In this document: positions 61,674-64,000 of the stretch, in pieces | Layout of the letters: each line of letters opens with the position of its first letter | Numbering within the stretch: the first letter of the stretch is position 1 | Source of the DNA: Mobula hypostoma | Lineage: Eukaryota | NCBI RefSeq assembly: GCF_963921235.1 | Contig: NC_086097.1 | Coordinates: 55,802,001 to 55,866,000 of the forward strand | Reading direction: 5' to 3' | Length of the DNA stretch: 64,000 nt | The notes under the pieces: generated by a model | Databases searched by the model: none | What the model was told of the DNA's origin: nothing | The model's input: only the letters and a program-made list of their open reading frames with translations | Position numbers and translations under genes: made by a program

Positions 61674-62300
61674 CACTTAGTGGCCACTTTATTAGGTGCA
61701 CCTATACACATCCTTGTTAATGCAAATATCTGATCAGCCAATCATGTGGCAGCAACTTAAAGCATAAAAGCATGAAGTCATGGTCAAGAGGTTCAGTTGA
61801 TGTTCAGTCCAAACAGCAGAATGAGGAATAACATAGAAACATAGAAAACCTACAGCACAATACAGGCCTTTCGGCCCACAAATTTGTGCTGAACATGTCC
61901 CTACCTTAGAAATTACTAGGCTTACCTATAGCCCTCTATTTTTCTAAGAATAAAAATGATTTAAGTGACTTTGACAATGGAATGATTGTTGGTGCCAGAT
62001 GGGATGGTTTGAGTATCTCAAAAACAGCTGACCTCCTGGGATATTCACACACAACAGTCTCTGCAGTTTACAGAGGACGGTGCGAGAAACAAAAAAAACC
62101 CAGTGAGCAGCAGTGTTGTGGGTGGAAGATGAGAGGAAAATGGCCAGACTGGTTCAAGCTTACAGGAAGGCGACAGTAACTCAGATAACAATGTGTTGCA
62201 ACAGTGGTGTGCAGAAGAACATCTCTGAATGCTCAACACATCGAACCCTGAAGTGGATGGGCTACAGCAGCAGAAGATCACGAACATACACTCAATGGTA
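61674..62300 (+). mobile_element. Tc1-like non-autonomous element with transposase HTH remnant; CR1 tail inserted at 61832-61947
   Basis: TA|cacttagtggccactttattagg, MIVGARWDGLSISKTADLLGYSHTTVSAVYR, RTLKWMGYSSRR. gaataa is duplicated around the CR1 insert. Confidence 0.9.
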
Positions 62301-62560
62301 CAGGGCAAAATATCACATAGCTCTTCCTGTGGATGGTTCAGCTGATACGTATGCTCAGCAAAGTGCTTGATTCATTTGTGGCCCTGCCAAAGATTCTATA
62401 AGCAATTCAGAATCTATAGGTAGCGGGGGGACTTGGTTGCTTCCACACCCAAGCATAATGGCCAGCACCTCAGATTTAATTCCAGCCCTATGGAGGCTAC
62501 CTGATACTGTGTTGCTGCTATGGAATCTTAAGCTTATGCCTCGTGAGTACAGACTGTGAG

Positions 62561-63019
62561 ATCTCTCTCTCTCTCTCTCTGGCTATCCACCCCATAAAAT
62601 GATGATGGTTCCTTTCAGTAGAAAGGAACAGTGTGTGCATGAATGGATTTTAGGTGAGTAAGGGGTTGCACAGGTCCAGACCCACCCTCTCGACATCCCC
62701 TCCCGGATCCAGCGGCATGGTGGGGTCCAAGACGGCTGGGGGACGTTCTGTTGCAGTGAATGGCCAGACCAAGCTTCGATGCATGGGACTCCCTTTCCGC
62801 GCTTCATGGCACGTGTTTGCTAGATGGCTGTTGACCCTACAAGATGGTTCATCCGCCCTTTGACAGGTCTTGTTTTTCGTCCTGCAGGGTGTCTAGCCAC
62901 CCTCCTCACCAGGCGAGCCTGGTAGGAGAGCCGGTTTAGTCGCCAACCACCCGACCATGAGCACCATGAATCTGGATGCCAGTGGGGGCTGAAGGGTACC
63001 TCTGCCAGAGCCACAGTTC
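62561..63019 (-). mobile_element. Short GC-rich non-coding retroelement (RTE-5'UTR-like) with (AG)n tail
   Basis: acagactgtgag (62549-62560) and acagactgggag (63020-63031) flank it (11/12). (CT)n at 62562-62580, several hairpins, CpGs retained. Confidence 0.55.
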
Positions 63020-63148
63020 ACAGACTGGGAGGATTGATGGCTCCATGAAAAACAAAACCTGCCCCTGTCCTCAGCAGGAAAGTGCTCATGGTTCCATTGC
63101 CACTAAGCAAGTTCAGCTGTTTATCTGAAAGCAAATAACTAGGGCAAT

Positions 63149-64000
63149 TAGAACATAGAACATAGAAAGCCTACAGCACAATACAGGCCCTTTGGCCCAT
63201 AAAACTGTGCCGAACATGTCTTTACCTTAGAAATTAGCTAGGGTTACCCATAGCCCTCTATTTTTCTAAGCTCCATGTACCTATCCAGGAATCTATTAAA
63301 AGACCCTATTGTATCTGCCTCCACCACCGTCGCTGGCAGCCCATTCCACGCATTCACCACTCTCTGTGTAAAAAACTTACCCTGACATCTCCTCTGTATC
63401 TACTTTCAAGCACCTTAAAACTGCCCTCTTGTGCTAGCCAATTCAGCCCTGGGAAAAAGCCTCTGACAATCCACACGATCAGCGTCTCTCATCATCTTAT
63501 ACACCTCTATCAGGTCACCTCTCATCCTCCATTGCTCCAAGAAGAAAAGGCCGAGTTCACTCAACCTATTCTCATAAGGCATGCTCCCCAATCCAGGCAA
63601 TATCCTTGTAAATCTCCTCTGCACCCTTTCTGTGGTTTCCACATCCTTCCTATAGTGAGGTGACCAGAACTGAGCACAGTACTCCAAGCGGGATCTGACC
63701 AGGGTCCTATATAGCTGCAACATTACCTCTCAGCTCTTAAACTCAATCCCACAATTGATGAAAACCAATGCATCATATGCCTTCTTAACCACAGTCAACC
63801 TGCACAGCAGCTTTGGGTGTCCTATGGACTCGGACCCCAAGATCCCTCTGATCCTCCACACTGCCAAAAGCCTTACCATTAATACTACATTCTGCCATCA
63901 TATGTCACCTACCAAAATGAACCACTTCACACTTATCTGGGTTGAACTCCATCTGCCACTTCCCAGCCCAGTTTTGCATCCTATCAATGTCCCGCTGTAA
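63149..64000 (-). mobile_element. CR1 LINE 3' end, runs off the window
   Basis: MLQLYRTLVRSRLEYCAQFWSPHYRKDVETTERVQRRFTRILPG. Same subfamily as 38300-39258. Confidence 0.95.

Overview
Vertebrate non-coding DNA, most likely a long intron or gene desert of a cartilaginous fish. The organism is inferred from the repeat set (V-domain tRNA-SINEs, a SacSINE1-like Deu-SINE, shark/ray-type CR1s) and not proven. I see no intact host gene, RNA gene or CRISPR. Every recognisable ORF in the track is a decayed transposon fragment: CR1, Rex1/Babar, RTE, Penelope GIY-YIG, Tc1, pogo/Tigger or hAT-Buster. Most notable: (1) an 11-kb nested insertion stack at 2.4-13.6 kb containing a complete non-autonomous LTR element (two ~415-bp LTRs, 6-bp TSD) whose body is a degenerate tandem array; (2) a Penelope-derived repeat with a complete minimal hammerhead core; (3) a TSD-flanked structured short retroelement with a partial HDV-like ribozyme topology; (4) a SINE hit by two insertions between its A and B boxes; (5) TE-free, CpG-retaining, TAAT-rich blocks resembling conserved non-coding elements, one holding a 102-nt frame-preserving candidate exon. 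I found no convincing new protein-coding system. Family names come from motif recognition without database searches. Boundaries are approximate unless a TSD or TIR is quoted.
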